Counted from the first letter of the stretch, positions 31,090 through 42,055 are shown. The stretch is DNA of 64,000 bases from an uncultured Spirochaetales bacterium (GCA_949289575.1 CASEOG010000001.1:105730-169729); one strand, 5' to 3'. Numbers and translations are program-made. The notes: a model not told the origin generated them from the letters alone.

Positions 31090-31135
31090 GATTTGTTATC
31101 CTTTAACGTTCTATACACCAAACCGCGCCGAATAA

Positions 31136-31163
31136 GGTTATCGGGATGTTAAATAACTGTAAA
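31136..31163 (-). promoter_or_regulatory. Pho-box-like direct repeats upstream of pstC
   Basis: Minus strand TTTACA-N5-TTAACA-N5-ATAACC with 11-bp period, matching the PhoP-type TT(A/T/C)ACA-N5 repeat. Confidence 0.7.
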
Positions 31164-31219
31164 ATCACGAATCTCTTTTACAATTTGACATTCGACTGAT
31201 TTTAAACTACAATAACCCC

Positions 31220-33394
31220 ATGAATCTTTTTGACGAACAGAACAGAGAACCGTTGGCAGCCCGCATGCGCCCGCGCAATCTGTCGGAATATATCGGACAG
31301 AATGCAATTCTCGGAGAAGGCCGTCTTCTGCGCCGCGTCATCCAGGCCGACCGCCTCAGCTCTCTGATTTTTTACGGTCCGCCGGGAACGGGGAAAACCA
31401 CTCTGGCCCGCGTGATTGCCAATACCACCAAAAGCGCCTTTGCCTCTCTGAACGCCGTTCTTTCGGGAATCAAAGAATTGAGAGAGGAGATTGAAGCGGC
31501 CAAAGAACGGAAATCGCTTTACGACAAAAAAACCATTCTGTTTGTCGATGAGGTTCACCGGTGGAACAAAGCGCAGCAGGATGCGCTGCTGCCGTGGGTC
31601 GAAAACGGGACGGTTGTCCTCATCGGCGCCACAACGGAAAACCCCTACTTCGAAGTCAACAAAGCGCTCGTCAGCCGCAGCCGCATTTTTCGGTTGACCT
31701 CTCTGACCGAAGACGAACTGCGTCGGGTCGCGATGCAGGCGGTCGGCGACCGGGAACGGGGATACGGAAAATGGCAGGTCGTTTTCGAAGAGGGGGCTCT
31801 GGAACATCTGGTCCGCACCGCCGAGGGCGATGCCCGCAACCTGCTGAACGCATTGGAACTGGCGGTCGAAACAACGCCGGAATCGTTTCCGCCGGAAGAA
31901 GGAAGCGAAATCCGTATCACGCTGGGCACCGCGGAAGAGAGCATCCAGCAGAAAGCGGTTCTTTACGATAAAGAAGGCGATTACCACTACGACATTATCA
32001 GTGCATTTATCAAATCGCTGCGCGGCTCCGATCCCGATGCCGCTCTTTACTGGATGGCGCGCATGACCGAAGCGGGAGAAAGCCCCCGTTTTCTCTTTCG
32101 CCGCATGCTGATTCTGGCCTGCGAAGATGTGGGATTGGCCGATCCGAATGCAATCCGCACGGTCGAAGCGTGTGCGTCTGCCTTTGACCGCATCGGGATG
32201 CCGGAAGGGAACTTCATGCTTTCCCTGGCCGCTCTCTACCTGGCGACCTGCCCGAAAAGCAACACCACCCTCTCCTTTTTTGATGCAATGGAAGCGGTCC
32301 GCAAAGAATCCAACGGAGAGGTCCCGAACCATTTGAAAGACCCCTCCCGCGATGCCGAAGATTTCGGTCACGGGAAAGGATACCTCTACCCCCATGCGTA
32401 CAGAGATCACTGGGTAGCCCAGCAGTATCTGCCGAAAACACTTCAGGGTCGCGTTTTCTATCAACCGGGCAATCTCGGCTACGAGGCCGAAATTGCCGAT
32501 GCCGTGCTCGAAAGACGCGAACTGCAGCTCTCCCGGGCGGCGGAAAGCGACGATTCCGATGTGCTCTCGTTTTCGTTTGATAAGGAGGAGATGAAGTGGC
32601 TGATGCGGATGAACAGCGACCCGAAAGCCGACGGCCGCCTGCGTAACGGACTGCTCGACCTTTTAAAGTGGCAGCGGTTTTACAATGTTCTGGATGTCAA
32701 CGCCGGCGGCGGCTTTCTTGTGTGGGAAGCGCTGCGCCGTGCGCCGGAAGGCTGCCTCTACGCACTGACGGCGGCGGAAAGCGAAAAGGAGTTTATCGAT
32801 TTTCACGCACGGCAGCTGGCCGAAGAACGGCGGCCGTTTACCGTCGCCGCCGCGGCCTTTTCCGACCGGATAAAAGCCCTTCCCGAGGCGCTGCGTTTCG
32901 AAATCATTCTGGTCCGCGACCTGTTTCTGAAAGAAAACCGGACGGCGGAAACGGTCCTTCTGCTGCGGCAAAAGGCGGCCGACGGCGCACAGCTGCTGCT
33001 TTCGCAAATTCTGCCGCAATGCTCGACGCGGCTGTCGGAACGGCTCTCACCGCGGCTGACGCCGCCGGAGCTGCTGGCCCGCATGAAGGAAGCCGAAAAC
33101 GCGGTTTACACCGACAGCGCCAATCCGCTGCTCACGCTCTCGGAGGAGGCTCTGGCGGCGCTGTTTACCGAAAACGGGTGGCAGGTCACGCACCGCGAGG
33201 AACGGCAGACCTCCGGATTCCGGTTTGTGCCGAAGGAACGGGTTGAGGCGTGGTTTGCTCCCGACGGCATTTACGGCTGCCGGCTGGAAACGGAAGCGGC
33301 CGCCGCGTTGAAGCAGCTGTGTCTGAATCAGATTGCCGGAAAAAATCACCCGTGGCAGCAAAAACTGTTTGTACTTTCGATGAAAACGGTTTAA
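31220..33394 (+). CDS. rarA: Replication-associated recombination protein A with C-terminal SAM-methyltransferase-like extension
   Basis: PLAARMRP, GPPGTGKTT, DEVHRWNK, GATTENPYF, SAFIKSLRGSDPDAA, YLYPH; extra domain with VLDVNAGGG. Confidence 0.93.
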   Translation: MNLFDEQNREPLAARMRPRNLSEYIGQNAILGEGRLLRRVIQADRLSSLIFYGPPGTGKTTLARVIANTTKSAFASLNAVLSGIKELREEIEAAKERKSLYDKKTILFVDEVHRWNKAQQDALLPWVENGTVVLIGATTENPYFEVNKALVSRSRIFRLTSLTEDELRRVAMQAVGDRERGYGKWQVVFEEGALEHLVRTAEGDARNLLNALELAVETTPESFPPEEGSEIRITLGTAEESIQQKAVLYDKEGDYHYDIISAFIKSLRGSDPDAALYWMARMTEAGESPRFLFRRMLILACEDVGLADPNAIRTVEACASAFDRIGMPEGNFMLSLAALYLATCPKSNTTLSFFDAMEAVRKESNGEVPNHLKDPSRDAEDFGHGKGYLYPHAYRDHWVAQQYLPKTLQGRVFYQPGNLGYEAEIADAVLERRELQLSRAAESDDSDVLSFSFDKEEMKWLMRMNSDPKADGRLRNGLLDLLKWQRFYNVLDVNAGGGFLVWEALRRAPEGCLYALTAAESEKEFIDFHARQLAEERRPFTVAAAAFSDRIKALPEALRFEIILVRDLFLKENRTAETVLLLRQKAADGAQLLLSQILPQCSTRLSERLSPRLTPPELLARMKEAENAVYTDSANPLLTLSEEALAALFTENGWQVTHREERQTSGFRFVPKERVEAWFAPDGIYGCRLETEAAAALKQLCLNQIAGKNHPWQQKLFVLSMKTV

Positions 33395-33426
33395 AATAAT
33401 ATTATTCGAATTAAAAGGACTGAAAA

Positions 33427-34038
33427 ATGAAAGCAAAAGAAATCAGACGGAAAGCCCTTGTCAAGCTGGAAGGGAATTGGGTTCCGATGATCGGCATTAC
33501 CATTCTGATCTCCGTTATGTCGGCCGCCTTCGGTTACGTTTATGTTTTGATTGCCCCGTTGATTTTACCCGGAGCCGCCCTGTTTACCCTGAAAATGATT
33601 CGAAACGAAAAACCCGACATCGCCGACCTGTTCGGTACTTATAAAAATTACCTGAACGCCCTTGTGGTTTTCGTCCTCGAGACTCTCATTATTGCCGCAG
33701 GCCTGCTTCTCTTTATTGTCCCCGGAATTATTTTTGCTTATATGTTTTCTTTGACTTCGTTTATCATTGCCGATGATACCGAACAAAATCTTCCGGCATT
33801 TGAAATTTTAAAAGAAAGCGCCCGGCTGATGAAAGGATATAAATGGAAATTATTCTGTCTCCATCTCAGTTTCATCGGCTGGATTCTGCTTTGCATCATA
33901 ACTTTCGGTATTGCCCTTCTCTGGGTTTCTCCTTATATGGCTGCCGCTCATGCCGTTTTTTACGACGAAATTAAAAAAGCGGACGCACAAAATTCAATCG
34001 GAAACAGCCATACCGTGTTTGAAAACAGTACCTTCTGA
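33427..34038 (+). CDS. DUF975 family membrane protein
   Basis: LLLFIVPGII, S..LMKGYKWKLF.L.LSFIGW, WV.PY...A.A.FY. Confidence 0.88.
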   Translation: MKAKEIRRKALVKLEGNWVPMIGITILISVMSAAFGYVYVLIAPLILPGAALFTLKMIRNEKPDIADLFGTYKNYLNALVVFVLETLIIAAGLLLFIVPGIIFAYMFSLTSFIIADDTEQNLPAFEILKESARLMKGYKWKLFCLHLSFIGWILLCIITFGIALLWVSPYMAAAHAVFYDEIKKADAQNSIGNSHTVFENSTF

Positions 34039-34120
34039 TTTTTTAACACCGAAATTATCACGGAAAGCCCTTGACAAAAAAGGGCTTTTTCTGCATAGTA
34101 TACAGGATTCCTAATCAAAC

Positions 34121-34193
34121 GGTGGGAGTAGTTCAATGGCAGAGCGTCAGATTGTGGTTCTGATTGTTGCGGGTTCGAGCCCCGTCTCCCACC
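34121..34193 (+). tRNA. tRNA-His (GTG), with genomic G-1
   Basis: Acceptor GTGGGAG/CTCCCAC, anticodon arm TCAGA-ttGTGgt-TCTGA, T-loop TTCGAGC. Confidence 0.95.
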
Positions 34194-34198
34194 CTTTT

Positions 34199-34272
<74 letters not shown>

Positions 34273-34279
34273 ATGATTT

Positions 34280-34352
34280 GGGCCGCTAGCTCAGCTGGTA
34301 GAGCAACAGACTCTTAATCTGTGGGTCAAAGGTTCGATCCCTTTGCGGCTCA
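34280..34352 (+). tRNA. tRNA-Lys (CTT)
   Basis: GGGCCGC/GCGGCTC, ACAGA-ctCTTaa-TCTGT, GGTTCGATCCC. Confidence 0.95.
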
Positions 34353-34355
34353 TTC

Positions 34356-34437
34356 GCGGGAATGGTGAAATTGGCAGACACGCCGGACTTAGGATCCGGT
34401 ACCGCGAGGTGTAAGGGTTCAAGTCCCTTTTCCCGCA
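34356..34437 (+). tRNA. tRNA-Leu (TAG)
   Basis: GCGGGAA/TTCCCGC, CCGGA-ctTAGga-TCCGG, long variable arm. Confidence 0.95.
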
Positions 34438-34520
34438 GTTTCCAATCCCCCTTCCGGATTTAATTTTTTCTGCAACACGGTTGACAAAAAGCCGAAAATG
34501 TTGTAAAAGAAAAAAGCAAT

Positions 34521-34592
34521 GCGAAAGTAGCTCAGTGGTAGAGCTCCACCTTGCCAAGGTGGATGTCGCGGGTTCAAGTCCCGTCTTTCGCT
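34521..34592 (+). tRNA. tRNA-Gly (GCC)
   Basis: GCGAAAG/CTTTCGC, CCACC-ttGCCaa-GGTGG; TTGACA at 34481 suggests its own promoter. Confidence 0.95.
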
Positions 34593-34598
34593 TATCCG

Positions 34599-34628
34599 AA
34601 GCGGCTCGTTGGCGAGTCGCTTTTTTTT
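34599..34628 (+). terminator. Intrinsic terminator after tRNA-Gly
   Basis: GCGGCTCG-ttgg-CGAGTCGC-T8. Confidence 0.85.
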
Positions 34629-34650
34629 AACACTGAAAAAAGAGGTTGAA

Positions 34651-36006
34651 ATGAAAATCGTCAGCAAAAAAACCGAAAAACTGGAAAACTCGGCGGAAAA
34701 ATTAACCGTCACTATCGACAAAAACGAACTGCGCAAAGCTTACACCGATCTTCTCAATCACTATGCAAAAGAAGCCACCGTCAAAGGTTTTCGCAAAGGG
34801 AAAACACCGGTTAACGTCATCGAAAACCGGTTCGGCGAAATCATCAAAGGCGAAGCGGCGATGAAAGCCATCGATGAAACATGGAAAGAACTGGTTGATG
34901 CGGGCGAAGTCAAACCTCTGCCTTATGCCGAACCGAAGCTGGTTGATGAAGAGAACTTAAAACCCGATTGGGATAACGATTTTGTTTTCAGCATCTCCTA
35001 TGATGTCGAACCGGAAATTACGGTTGCCGGGTATAAAAATATCGAAACGGAAGTTCCCAAAGTTACCGTGGAAGAAGCCGACATCCAAAAAGAATTGGAA
35101 AAACTGCAGGATCAGAACGCGATGGTCGTCCCCAAAAAATCGGGTGCGGTCGAGAAAAACGACATCGTCACCATCGACTACTCTCTTCTTGATGAAGAAG
35201 GCAATGTGATGCCGAAATCCGAACGGGAAGATTTTGTTTTCACGGTCGGCAGCGGATACAACCTCTACAAACTGGACGATGACATCATCGGCATGAACAA
35301 AGACGAAGAGAAAGTGGTCAAAAAATCGTTCGGCGAAGATGAAAACGCACCGGCTCTGAAAGGTCAATCCTTCAACATCAAAGTAAAGGTAAAAGAGATC
35401 AAGGTCAAAGATCTGCCTGCGATCGACGATGATTTGGCTCAGGATATCAACGAAAAATTCAAAACCCTCGACGATCTGAAAGCCGATATTAAAGAGAGAC
35501 TGACAAAAGCAGTCGAGACCAAACTGAAGGGCAGCAAAATCGAAGCGATTTTGAACAAAATCACTTCGGAAACCTCTTTCGAATTACCTCAGTCGATGAT
35601 CGCCGCCGAGCAGGACAGCGCCTGGCAGAACTTCCTTGCCCAGAACAATCTGCAGGAAGAGCAGGCTGTTCAGATTCTCAAATATCAGGGCAAAACGAAG
35701 GAAGACATTGTCAATGATTTCAAGGATGCGGCTGTCAAAAATCTGAAAGACAAACTGGTTCTCAAAGCTGTTATCAAAGCCGAAGATCTGAAAGCCGAAG
35801 AAAGTGATTTCGATGCCCGCTACGAAGAAATCGCCAAGGCAGCCGGAAAAACAGCCGAGGAAATCAAAAAGGTTTACGGCAACGCCTCTTTCAAACCGTA
35901 TCTGGAAGAAGAAATTCTTAACGGCAAAGCCGTTGACTTCCTGATCGGTGCCGCCAAAATCAAAACGGGCAAAAAAACGGCAATGGCCGACTTCCTTTCC
36001 ATGTAA
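34651..36006 (+). CDS. tig: Trigger factor
   Basis: KGFRKGKTP ribosome-binding motif, FKBP-like middle domain, LP.IDDDLAQ; upstream of clpP-clpX. Confidence 0.95.
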   Translation: MKIVSKKTEKLENSAEKLTVTIDKNELRKAYTDLLNHYAKEATVKGFRKGKTPVNVIENRFGEIIKGEAAMKAIDETWKELVDAGEVKPLPYAEPKLVDEENLKPDWDNDFVFSISYDVEPEITVAGYKNIETEVPKVTVEEADIQKELEKLQDQNAMVVPKKSGAVEKNDIVTIDYSLLDEEGNVMPKSEREDFVFTVGSGYNLYKLDDDIIGMNKDEEKVVKKSFGEDENAPALKGQSFNIKVKVKEIKVKDLPAIDDDLAQDINEKFKTLDDLKADIKERLTKAVETKLKGSKIEAILNKITSETSFELPQSMIAAEQDSAWQNFLAQNNLQEEQAVQILKYQGKTKEDIVNDFKDAAVKNLKDKLVLKAVIKAEDLKAEESDFDARYEEIAKAAGKTAEEIKKVYGNASFKPYLEEEILNGKAVDFLIGAAKIKTGKKTAMADFLSM

Positions 36007-36030
36007 CAGGCGTCGGACAAGGAGAAGCAC

Positions 36031-36630
36031 GTGAACGAGCAAAACAATACACTGGTTCCGATCGTTGTCGAAAGAACAGGCGCGGGAGAACGCTCCTACG
36101 ACATCTTTTCGCGACTGCTTAAAGACCGGATTATTTTTATTGACGGCGAAATCAATGATGCGACGGCCGATTTGGCTGTGGCTCAAATGCTTTTCCTTGA
36201 ATCCGAAGATACCGAACGGGAGATTAATCTTTATATCAATTCTCCCGGCGGATCGGTCACAGCCGGTCTGGCGATTTACGATACGATACAGTATTTAAAA
36301 TCGGAAGTCCGGACCATTTGTCTCGGACAGGCATGCTCGATGGCGGCCGTTCTTCTGGCAGCCGGAACCAAAGGGAAACGGTGTGCGTTGCCCTCTTCCC
36401 GCATTATGATTCATCAACCGTGGGGCGGTGCCGGCGGACAGGCCTCCGACATCGGCATTCAAGCCAAAGAAATCGTTCGCCTGAAACAGCAGCTGACCGG
36501 CTATCTGGCAGACGCCTGCGGATGCTCCGTCGATAAACTGGCCGCCGACCTGGAACGCGACTTTTATCTGACACCGCAGGAGGCCCTCTCTTACGGTTTA
36601 ATCGATAAAGTTCTGGTAAAAAATCAATGA
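36031..36630 (+). CDS. clpP: ATP-dependent Clp protease proteolytic subunit
   Basis: [39 protein letters not shown]. Confidence 0.97.
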   Translation: MNEQNNTLVPIVVERTGAGERSYDIFSRLLKDRIIFIDGEINDATADLAVAQMLFLESEDTEREINLYINSPGGSVTAGLAIYDTIQYLKSEVRTICLGQACSMAAVLLAAGTKGKRCALPSSRIMIHQPWGGAGGQASDIGIQAKEIVRLKQQLTGYLADACGCSVDKLAADLERDFYLTPQEALSYGLIDKVLVKNQ

Positions 36631-37889
36631 GCAACGGCGGAAAAAGAAACTGTATCCTTTGCGGCGAACCGATTCCCGACTGGCTGATTTCTTTCGAAGG
36701 AGTCAAACCGGGAGTCTATGTCTGCGAAAACTGCATTTCGACAGCGTTTGAGGTTCTCAAAGAAAATGCCGAAAAGGATATTCACGAATCATCGCCCTCT
36801 TCCGCTATTATACAGGAGAATCCGGCCGACATACCGACCCCTTCCGAACTGAAAGCCCATCTCGACCGCTACATCATCGGACAGGATAAAGCAAAAAAAG
36901 TTCTCAGCGTCTCCGTCTACAACCATTACAAACGGATTTTCAAAAAAGATGCGGTCGACCCGCAGGTGGAGATTGACAAATCGAACATTCTTCTGCTGGG
37001 CCCTTCCGGTTCCGGAAAAACACTGCTGGCGCGGACGTTGGCCAAAAAACTGAATGTTCCGTTTGCCATTGCCGACGCCACCACCGTGACGGAAGCCGGT
37101 TATGTCGGCGACGATGTCGAAAATATTCTGCTGAGACTGATTCAGAATGCCGACGGGGATATCGAAAAAGCCCAAAAGGGGATTATTTTTATCGACGAAA
37201 TCGACAAGATTGCACGCAAATCGGAGAACCGGTCGATTACCCGTGACGTCTCGGGAGAAGGGGTTCAGCAGGCACTGCTGAAAATTATCGAGGGAACCGT
37301 TTCGGATGTCCCGCCCGGAGGCGGACGAAAACATCCGTATCAGGAAATGATAAAAATCGATACGACCAATATTCTTTTCATCTGCGGAGGAGCTTTTGTC
37401 GGTCTGGATAAGCTGATTGCGGAACGCACCTCACGAAAAACAATCGGTTTCGGCGAAGAAAATCATCATCATTCCCCTTCCCTCTCCGAACTCTATTCCA
37501 ATATCCACCCCGACGATTTGGTAAAATTCGGTCTGATTCCCGAACTGATAGGTCGTCTCCCCGTAATTGTCGGCTTGGACGAATTGGACAAAGAAGCCCT
37601 CATCCGTATCATTACGGAACCCGATAACTCGATTCTGAAACAGTTTTCCGAAATGCTGAAACTTGACAATGCGGATCTCGATTTTCATGCCGATGCCATT
37701 GAGGCTGTGGCGGAAACCGCTCTCAACCGAAAAACCGGTGCCCGGGGAATCCGATCCATTTTTGAAAAACTGATGAACGATGTGATGTACGAACTCCCCG
37801 ATATTCCCGGAAAGAAAACCGTCATTGTAACAAAAGAGTGTATTACGGAGAACGCCAGACCGGAAATTACCGTCTCTCCCCTGCCGTAA
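36627..37889 (+). CDS. clpX: ATP-dependent Clp protease ATP-binding subunit
   Basis: N-terminal C4 zinc finger, [31 protein letters not shown] loop. Confidence 0.97.
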   Translation: MSNGGKRNCILCGEPIPDWLISFEGVKPGVYVCENCISTAFEVLKENAEKDIHESSPSSAIIQENPADIPTPSELKAHLDRYIIGQDKAKKVLSVSVYNHYKRIFKKDAVDPQVEIDKSNILLLGPSGSGKTLLARTLAKKLNVPFAIADATTVTEAGYVGDDVENILLRLIQNADGDIEKAQKGIIFIDEIDKIARKSENRSITRDVSGEGVQQALLKIIEGTVSDVPPGGGRKHPYQEMIKIDTTNILFICGGAFVGLDKLIAERTSRKTIGFGEENHHHSPSLSELYSNIHPDDLVKFGLIPELIGRLPVIVGLDELDKEALIRIITEPDNSILKQFSEMLKLDNADLDFHADAIEAVAETALNRKTGARGIRSIFEKLMNDVMYELPDIPGKKTVIVTKECITENARPEITVSPLP

Positions 37890-37947
37890 ACTCCTCCGTG
37901 GTTGACTTTTTTCCCGGAATCATACATAATGTTACCCTATCCGAGGA

Positions 37948-38895
37948 ATGATCATGAAAATCAGATTAACCGACCGCTCTTTTTTGAAATTACTGGACTT
38001 CACGCCCGAAGAAATCAGATATCTGCTTGATTTGGCTCACAAACTGAAAGAGGAAAAACGGCGTAATAAACTGAAGAACCGTTTTAAGGGAAAATCACTG
38101 GCTATGATTTTCGAAAAACGATCGACACGCACCCGCTGTGCCTTTGAAACCGCCTTTGCCGAAGAAGGCGGTCATCCGGTTTTTCTTTCCACGGATGATA
38201 TTCAGCTCGGAGAAAAGGAATCGGTCGAGGATACCGCCCGTGTTCTGGGCCGTATGTTCGACGCCATTCAATTCCGCGGTTTCAGACAGGAACATGTGGA
38301 AATGCTGGCTTCCGGCTCCGGAGTCCCCGTCTACAACGGACTGACAGACGAATTTCACCCGACCCAAATTCTGGCCGACTTTATGACCATGGAAGAGGTT
38401 TTCGGCCGCCTGAAAGGCCTGAAGGTTGTTTTTGTCGGAGACACCCGCAACAATGTCGCCGTCTCCATGATGGTCGGTTGCGCCAAAATGGGAATTCACT
38501 TTACCGCAGTCGGTCCGAAATCACTGGCACCCGATGCACAAATGGTGGCAAAGTGCAGGGAAATCGCACAATCGACCGGAAGCCGGATCAACGTAACGGA
38601 CAATATCGATGAAGCTGTCGATAATGCCGATGTCATTTATACCGATGTATGGGCATCCATGGGCGAAGAATCGCAGAGCCGTCAACGCTCGGAGATTCTG
38701 GCCCCGTATCAGGTCAACGATGCATTAATGGAAAAAACCGGTAAAACGGAATCGATTTTTCTTCACTGTCTTCCGGCCGTTAAAGGACAGGAAGTGACCG
38801 AGTCGGTCATTGAGGGGCCCCGCAGCTATGTCTGGGATGAGGCGGAAAACAGAAAGCATACGATTAAAGCAGTAATGGTCGCTACCCTCACATAA
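37948..38895 (+). CDS. argF: Ornithine carbamoyltransferase
   Basis: FEKRSTRTR, HPTQ, YTDVWASMG, FLHCLP, EAENRKH. Confidence 0.95.
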   Translation: MIMKIRLTDRSFLKLLDFTPEEIRYLLDLAHKLKEEKRRNKLKNRFKGKSLAMIFEKRSTRTRCAFETAFAEEGGHPVFLSTDDIQLGEKESVEDTARVLGRMFDAIQFRGFRQEHVEMLASGSGVPVYNGLTDEFHPTQILADFMTMEEVFGRLKGLKVVFVGDTRNNVAVSMMVGCAKMGIHFTAVGPKSLAPDAQMVAKCREIAQSTGSRINVTDNIDEAVDNADVIYTDVWASMGEESQSRQRSEILAPYQVNDALMEKTGKTESIFLHCLPAVKGQEVTESVIEGPRSYVWDEAENRKHTIKAVMVATLT

Positions 38896-38910
38896 ACAGA
38901 AGGATAAAAA

Positions 38911-39918
38911 ATGAAAACCGATACAATCGAAGAAATTCTTGAGGCTTTAAAAAATAACGATTCTTTTCTGATTGTCGGCCACTTTCAACCCGATCCCGAC
39001 TGCATTTCATCTCAATGGAGTCTGGCCCGATTCCTTCGCGAAAAAGGAAAAAAAGTAACAGTTGCCAATGCGGGACCGCTGAAAGAAAACGATTTTAAAC
39101 CGTACCGCCGGGACATTCTCGAATCGGTCAAAGATATTTTACCGCGTTTACGCGATGAAAAAACCGTAATGATTGTCACCGACTGTTCGAGTGCCGACCG
39201 GCTCGGATCTCTCGAAGGCGACACTCGGGAATTTTTTACGATTGTCATCGACCATCACGCCAACGGCGATGAAAACTTCGGAAATCTGAGACTGATCGAC
39301 CCCAAAGCACCTTCGACGACAATTCTTATCAAGCAGATTATATGTGCATGGGACTCGTCGCTGTTGCCCCTTTGCGCCGAAACTTTGTTCTGGGGCTTCT
39401 GCACCGACAGCGGTTACTTTCGTTTTCTCCAGAGCTACAGTGCTCCCTATTTTCATGATATTGCGGATCTTGTTGCTGCCGGCGCCGTTCCCGCAGCAAC
39501 ATACGCACGGATGGCTTACGGAAAGTCGCTTCTCTCCAGAAAATTCATCGCCGAAATGACAGACAAAATGAAAGCCTATCACGAAGACCGGTTTTTCCTG
39601 GCAACCGTCTCCCGAAAAACGGAAAAGAAATACGGAGAAGAAAAAGACACGTCGGCGTTTTACGATCTTGTAATGGCTGTCCGAAGCTGCGAAATAATTG
39701 CTCTGATTAAATACAACGGCTTTCGAAGCTACATTATCAGCCTGCGCTCGCTTCGCACGGACATCGGGCAGCTGGCCCTTTCATACGGCGGAGGCGGTCA
39801 CAAACTGGCGGCCGGCTTCCGCTACAAAGGAAGTCTGCGCCGCCTGAAAAAGATGTTAATTCGGGATACGGGGCGTTTGCTGACAGCCCCGTCCGCGAAG
39901 TCTACATCCCGTAAGTAA
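38911..39918 (+). CDS. DHH family phosphoesterase (NrnA-like)
   Basis: H..PDPDC, TDCS, IDHH, TDSG.F, GGGGHKLAAG. Confidence 0.92.
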   Translation: MKTDTIEEILEALKNNDSFLIVGHFQPDPDCISSQWSLARFLREKGKKVTVANAGPLKENDFKPYRRDILESVKDILPRLRDEKTVMIVTDCSSADRLGSLEGDTREFFTIVIDHHANGDENFGNLRLIDPKAPSTTILIKQIICAWDSSLLPLCAETLFWGFCTDSGYFRFLQSYSAPYFHDIADLVAAGAVPAATYARMAYGKSLLSRKFIAEMTDKMKAYHEDRFFLATVSRKTEKKYGEEKDTSAFYDLVMAVRSCEIIALIKYNGFRSYIISLRSLRTDIGQLALSYGGGGHKLAAGFRYKGSLRRLKKMLIRDTGRLLTAPSAKSTSRK

Positions 39919-42040
39919 AAACAGCCGTTTCGGCAATATTCCGGGAACTGTTCCCGACGGAAACCGTAAATTCTCCCGGTTCGACACACCATCCCTGTTT
40001 CGAAGGATTGTAAAACCGCAAACTCTCTTCCGTAAGAATCATTTTTACGGTTCCGGATTCACCGGCTTTCAGGAACACCTTTTCGAAAGCTTTCAGTTCC
40101 TTTGCCGGACGGGGCAGAGACGATTCCGTATCGGAAATATAAAGCTGCACAACCTCACTTCCGTCGACATTTCCCGTATTCCTGACCGTAACGGACACTT
40201 CGATCGATCCGTCCTTTTTCATTTTTCCGCCGGACAGTTTCAATCCGGAAATTTCAAAATTCGTATACGAAAGACCGTGTCCGAAGGCAAAAGCGGGATC
40301 GATTCCGGCCGTATCGAAATGTCTGTAACCGACAAAAATTCCTTCTTCGTAGACAAACGGTTTCTTCAGACGACGCAATGTCCGGTTTCCCGCAGGTCCC
40401 GTAATCCGAAGCAATCCGAATTTTTCGGGTTTGTCCACGTAATTGGAAACGGAAGAATAATCGTCCCATTTTTTCCCGAATGTAAACGGCAACTTGCCGG
40501 AAGGGTTAATTTTTCCCAGAAGAACATCGGCAATGACATTTCCTGACGGATCTCCCGGATAGAATGCGTCGACAATGGCCGGAACCTTTCCTGACCATTC
40601 TTCCGTTTCGACAGCCCCTCCGGTATTCAGCACGACAATTGTTCTCGCCTGACTGGCTGCTGCCTTTAAAATCAGTTTCCGGTCTTTTGCGGAGAGTTTC
40701 CACGGCCTGTCGTGGAATTCGCCTTCCGTACAGTAAGAAAATCCGACACAGAGAACCACGGCATCGGCCTTTTTCATCTGAGCCGCCGAAGGAGACGATT
40801 TGTAAATCACTTTTCCGCTCTGACCGACCCGTTCCGTCAAAGCATCCTTCAGAGAAACTTTCCGATACGCGACCGGCCGGCTGGATCCGCCTCCGCCGGT
40901 TTCCGTATCTTTTGCTCGACTGCCGGTCACAAGAATCGTCATCTGCTGCTGCGAAAGATCCAGCGGAAGCGCCTTGTTGTCGTTCTTTAAAAGGACAATC
41001 CCTTCCGCCGCGGCATCGTATGCGGCCTTCTGATGAGCGGGCCCGTTTTCCGCAGCATTCGCGTCGGCAATCGGCCTTTCGTATGCACCGACCGCAAAGA
41101 AAGAGGTCAGAATGCGCAAAACTTTATCATCCAGATCCGCTACCGTAATACGTCCCTTATCCATAAGACGCATCAGATTCTTCCGGTTCATATATTTTGC
41201 GTTCGGCATTTCGAGATCAAGCCCCGCATTGAACGGTTTTTCCGCATCATAGCAGGAAAGCCAGTCGGAAACAACAAATCCCCCGAATCCCCATTCGTTT
41301 TTCAAAATGTCGGTCAGCAGCCGACGGTTTTCGCTTGCGGAAACACCGTTAACCGGATTATAAGAACTCATCACGGAAAGAACTTTTGCTTTTTTGACAG
41401 CCGCCTCAAAAGCAGGCAAATAAATTTCGCGTAATGTCCGGTCATCCAAATCGGAGCCCGTTTTGTTCCGGTCGTAATCCGAATTGTTGGCGGCAAAATG
41501 TTTGATTGTTGCCACAATTCCGTTTTCCTGAAGTCCCGTAATATACGAGCAGGCCATCTCGGAGGCCAGATAAGGATCTTCTCCCATATATTCGAAATTC
41601 CGCCCGCAGGTCGGTACACGGGCAATATTAACCCCCGGGGCCAGCAGGTTGGAGATTCCTTTTGCCCGGCACTCTTCCGCCATAACGGCCGCCGAACGGT
41701 GAATCAGATCTCTGTTCCAGGAAGCAGCCATGGAAACCAGACACGGAAATACGGTTGATTCGCCGACGCCGCGAATTCCGGAAGAAGCATCGGCCATCCA
41801 CATTGCATCCAAACCGAGACGGGGAACAGCCCGAACGGCGAACCACTCGTATCCGCCGATAAAATCAATCTTCTCTTCCAATGTCAGCTGCCCGAGAATT
41901 TTCCGTGCTTTTTCGGCCGGAGTATCGTTTCGGTCCGTAAAACTGTCGACTCTGACATCCTGTAAAAAAGATTCCCGCGGAGATTTTGCTTCCCCGAAAA
42001 TCAGCTTCTGATAAATTTTGAAAAATGTTTCCTTCAGCAT
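39902..42040 (-). CDS. GH3 beta-glucosidase
   Basis: LAPGVNIAR, GRNFEYMGEDP, KHFAAN, VVSDW, PSGKLPFTF, C-terminal Fn3-like EVVQLY/KELKAF. Confidence 0.95.
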   Translation of the reverse strand: MLKETFFKIYQKLIFGEAKSPRESFLQDVRVDSFTDRNDTPAEKARKILGQLTLEEKIDFIGGYEWFAVRAVPRLGLDAMWMADASSGIRGVGESTVFPCLVSMAASWNRDLIHRSAAVMAEECRAKGISNLLAPGVNIARVPTCGRNFEYMGEDPYLASEMACSYITGLQENGIVATIKHFAANNSDYDRNKTGSDLDDRTLREIYLPAFEAAVKKAKVLSVMSSYNPVNGVSASENRRLLTDILKNEWGFGGFVVSDWLSCYDAEKPFNAGLDLEMPNAKYMNRKNLMRLMDKGRITVADLDDKVLRILTSFFAVGAYERPIADANAAENGPAHQKAAYDAAAEGIVLLKNDNKALPLDLSQQQMTILVTGSRAKDTETGGGGSSRPVAYRKVSLKDALTERVGQSGKVIYKSSPSAAQMKKADAVVLCVGFSYCTEGEFHDRPWKLSAKDRKLILKAAASQARTIVVLNTGGAVETEEWSGKVPAIVDAFYPGDPSGNVIADVLLGKINPSGKLPFTFGKKWDDYSSVSNYVDKPEKFGLLRITGPAGNRTLRRLKKPFVYEEGIFVGYRHFDTAGIDPAFAFGHGLSYTNFEISGLKLSGGKMKKDGSIEVSVTVRNTGNVDGSEVVQLYISDTESSLPRPAKELKAFEKVFLKAGESGTVKMILTEESLRFYNPSKQGWCVEPGEFTVSVGNSSRNIAETAVFTYGM

Positions 42041-42055
42041 AAAACCCTCTGTATC

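Noticed and set aside
31202-32464. 420-aa minus-strand ORF
   Set aside because: Antisense shadow of rarA with no recognisable motifs
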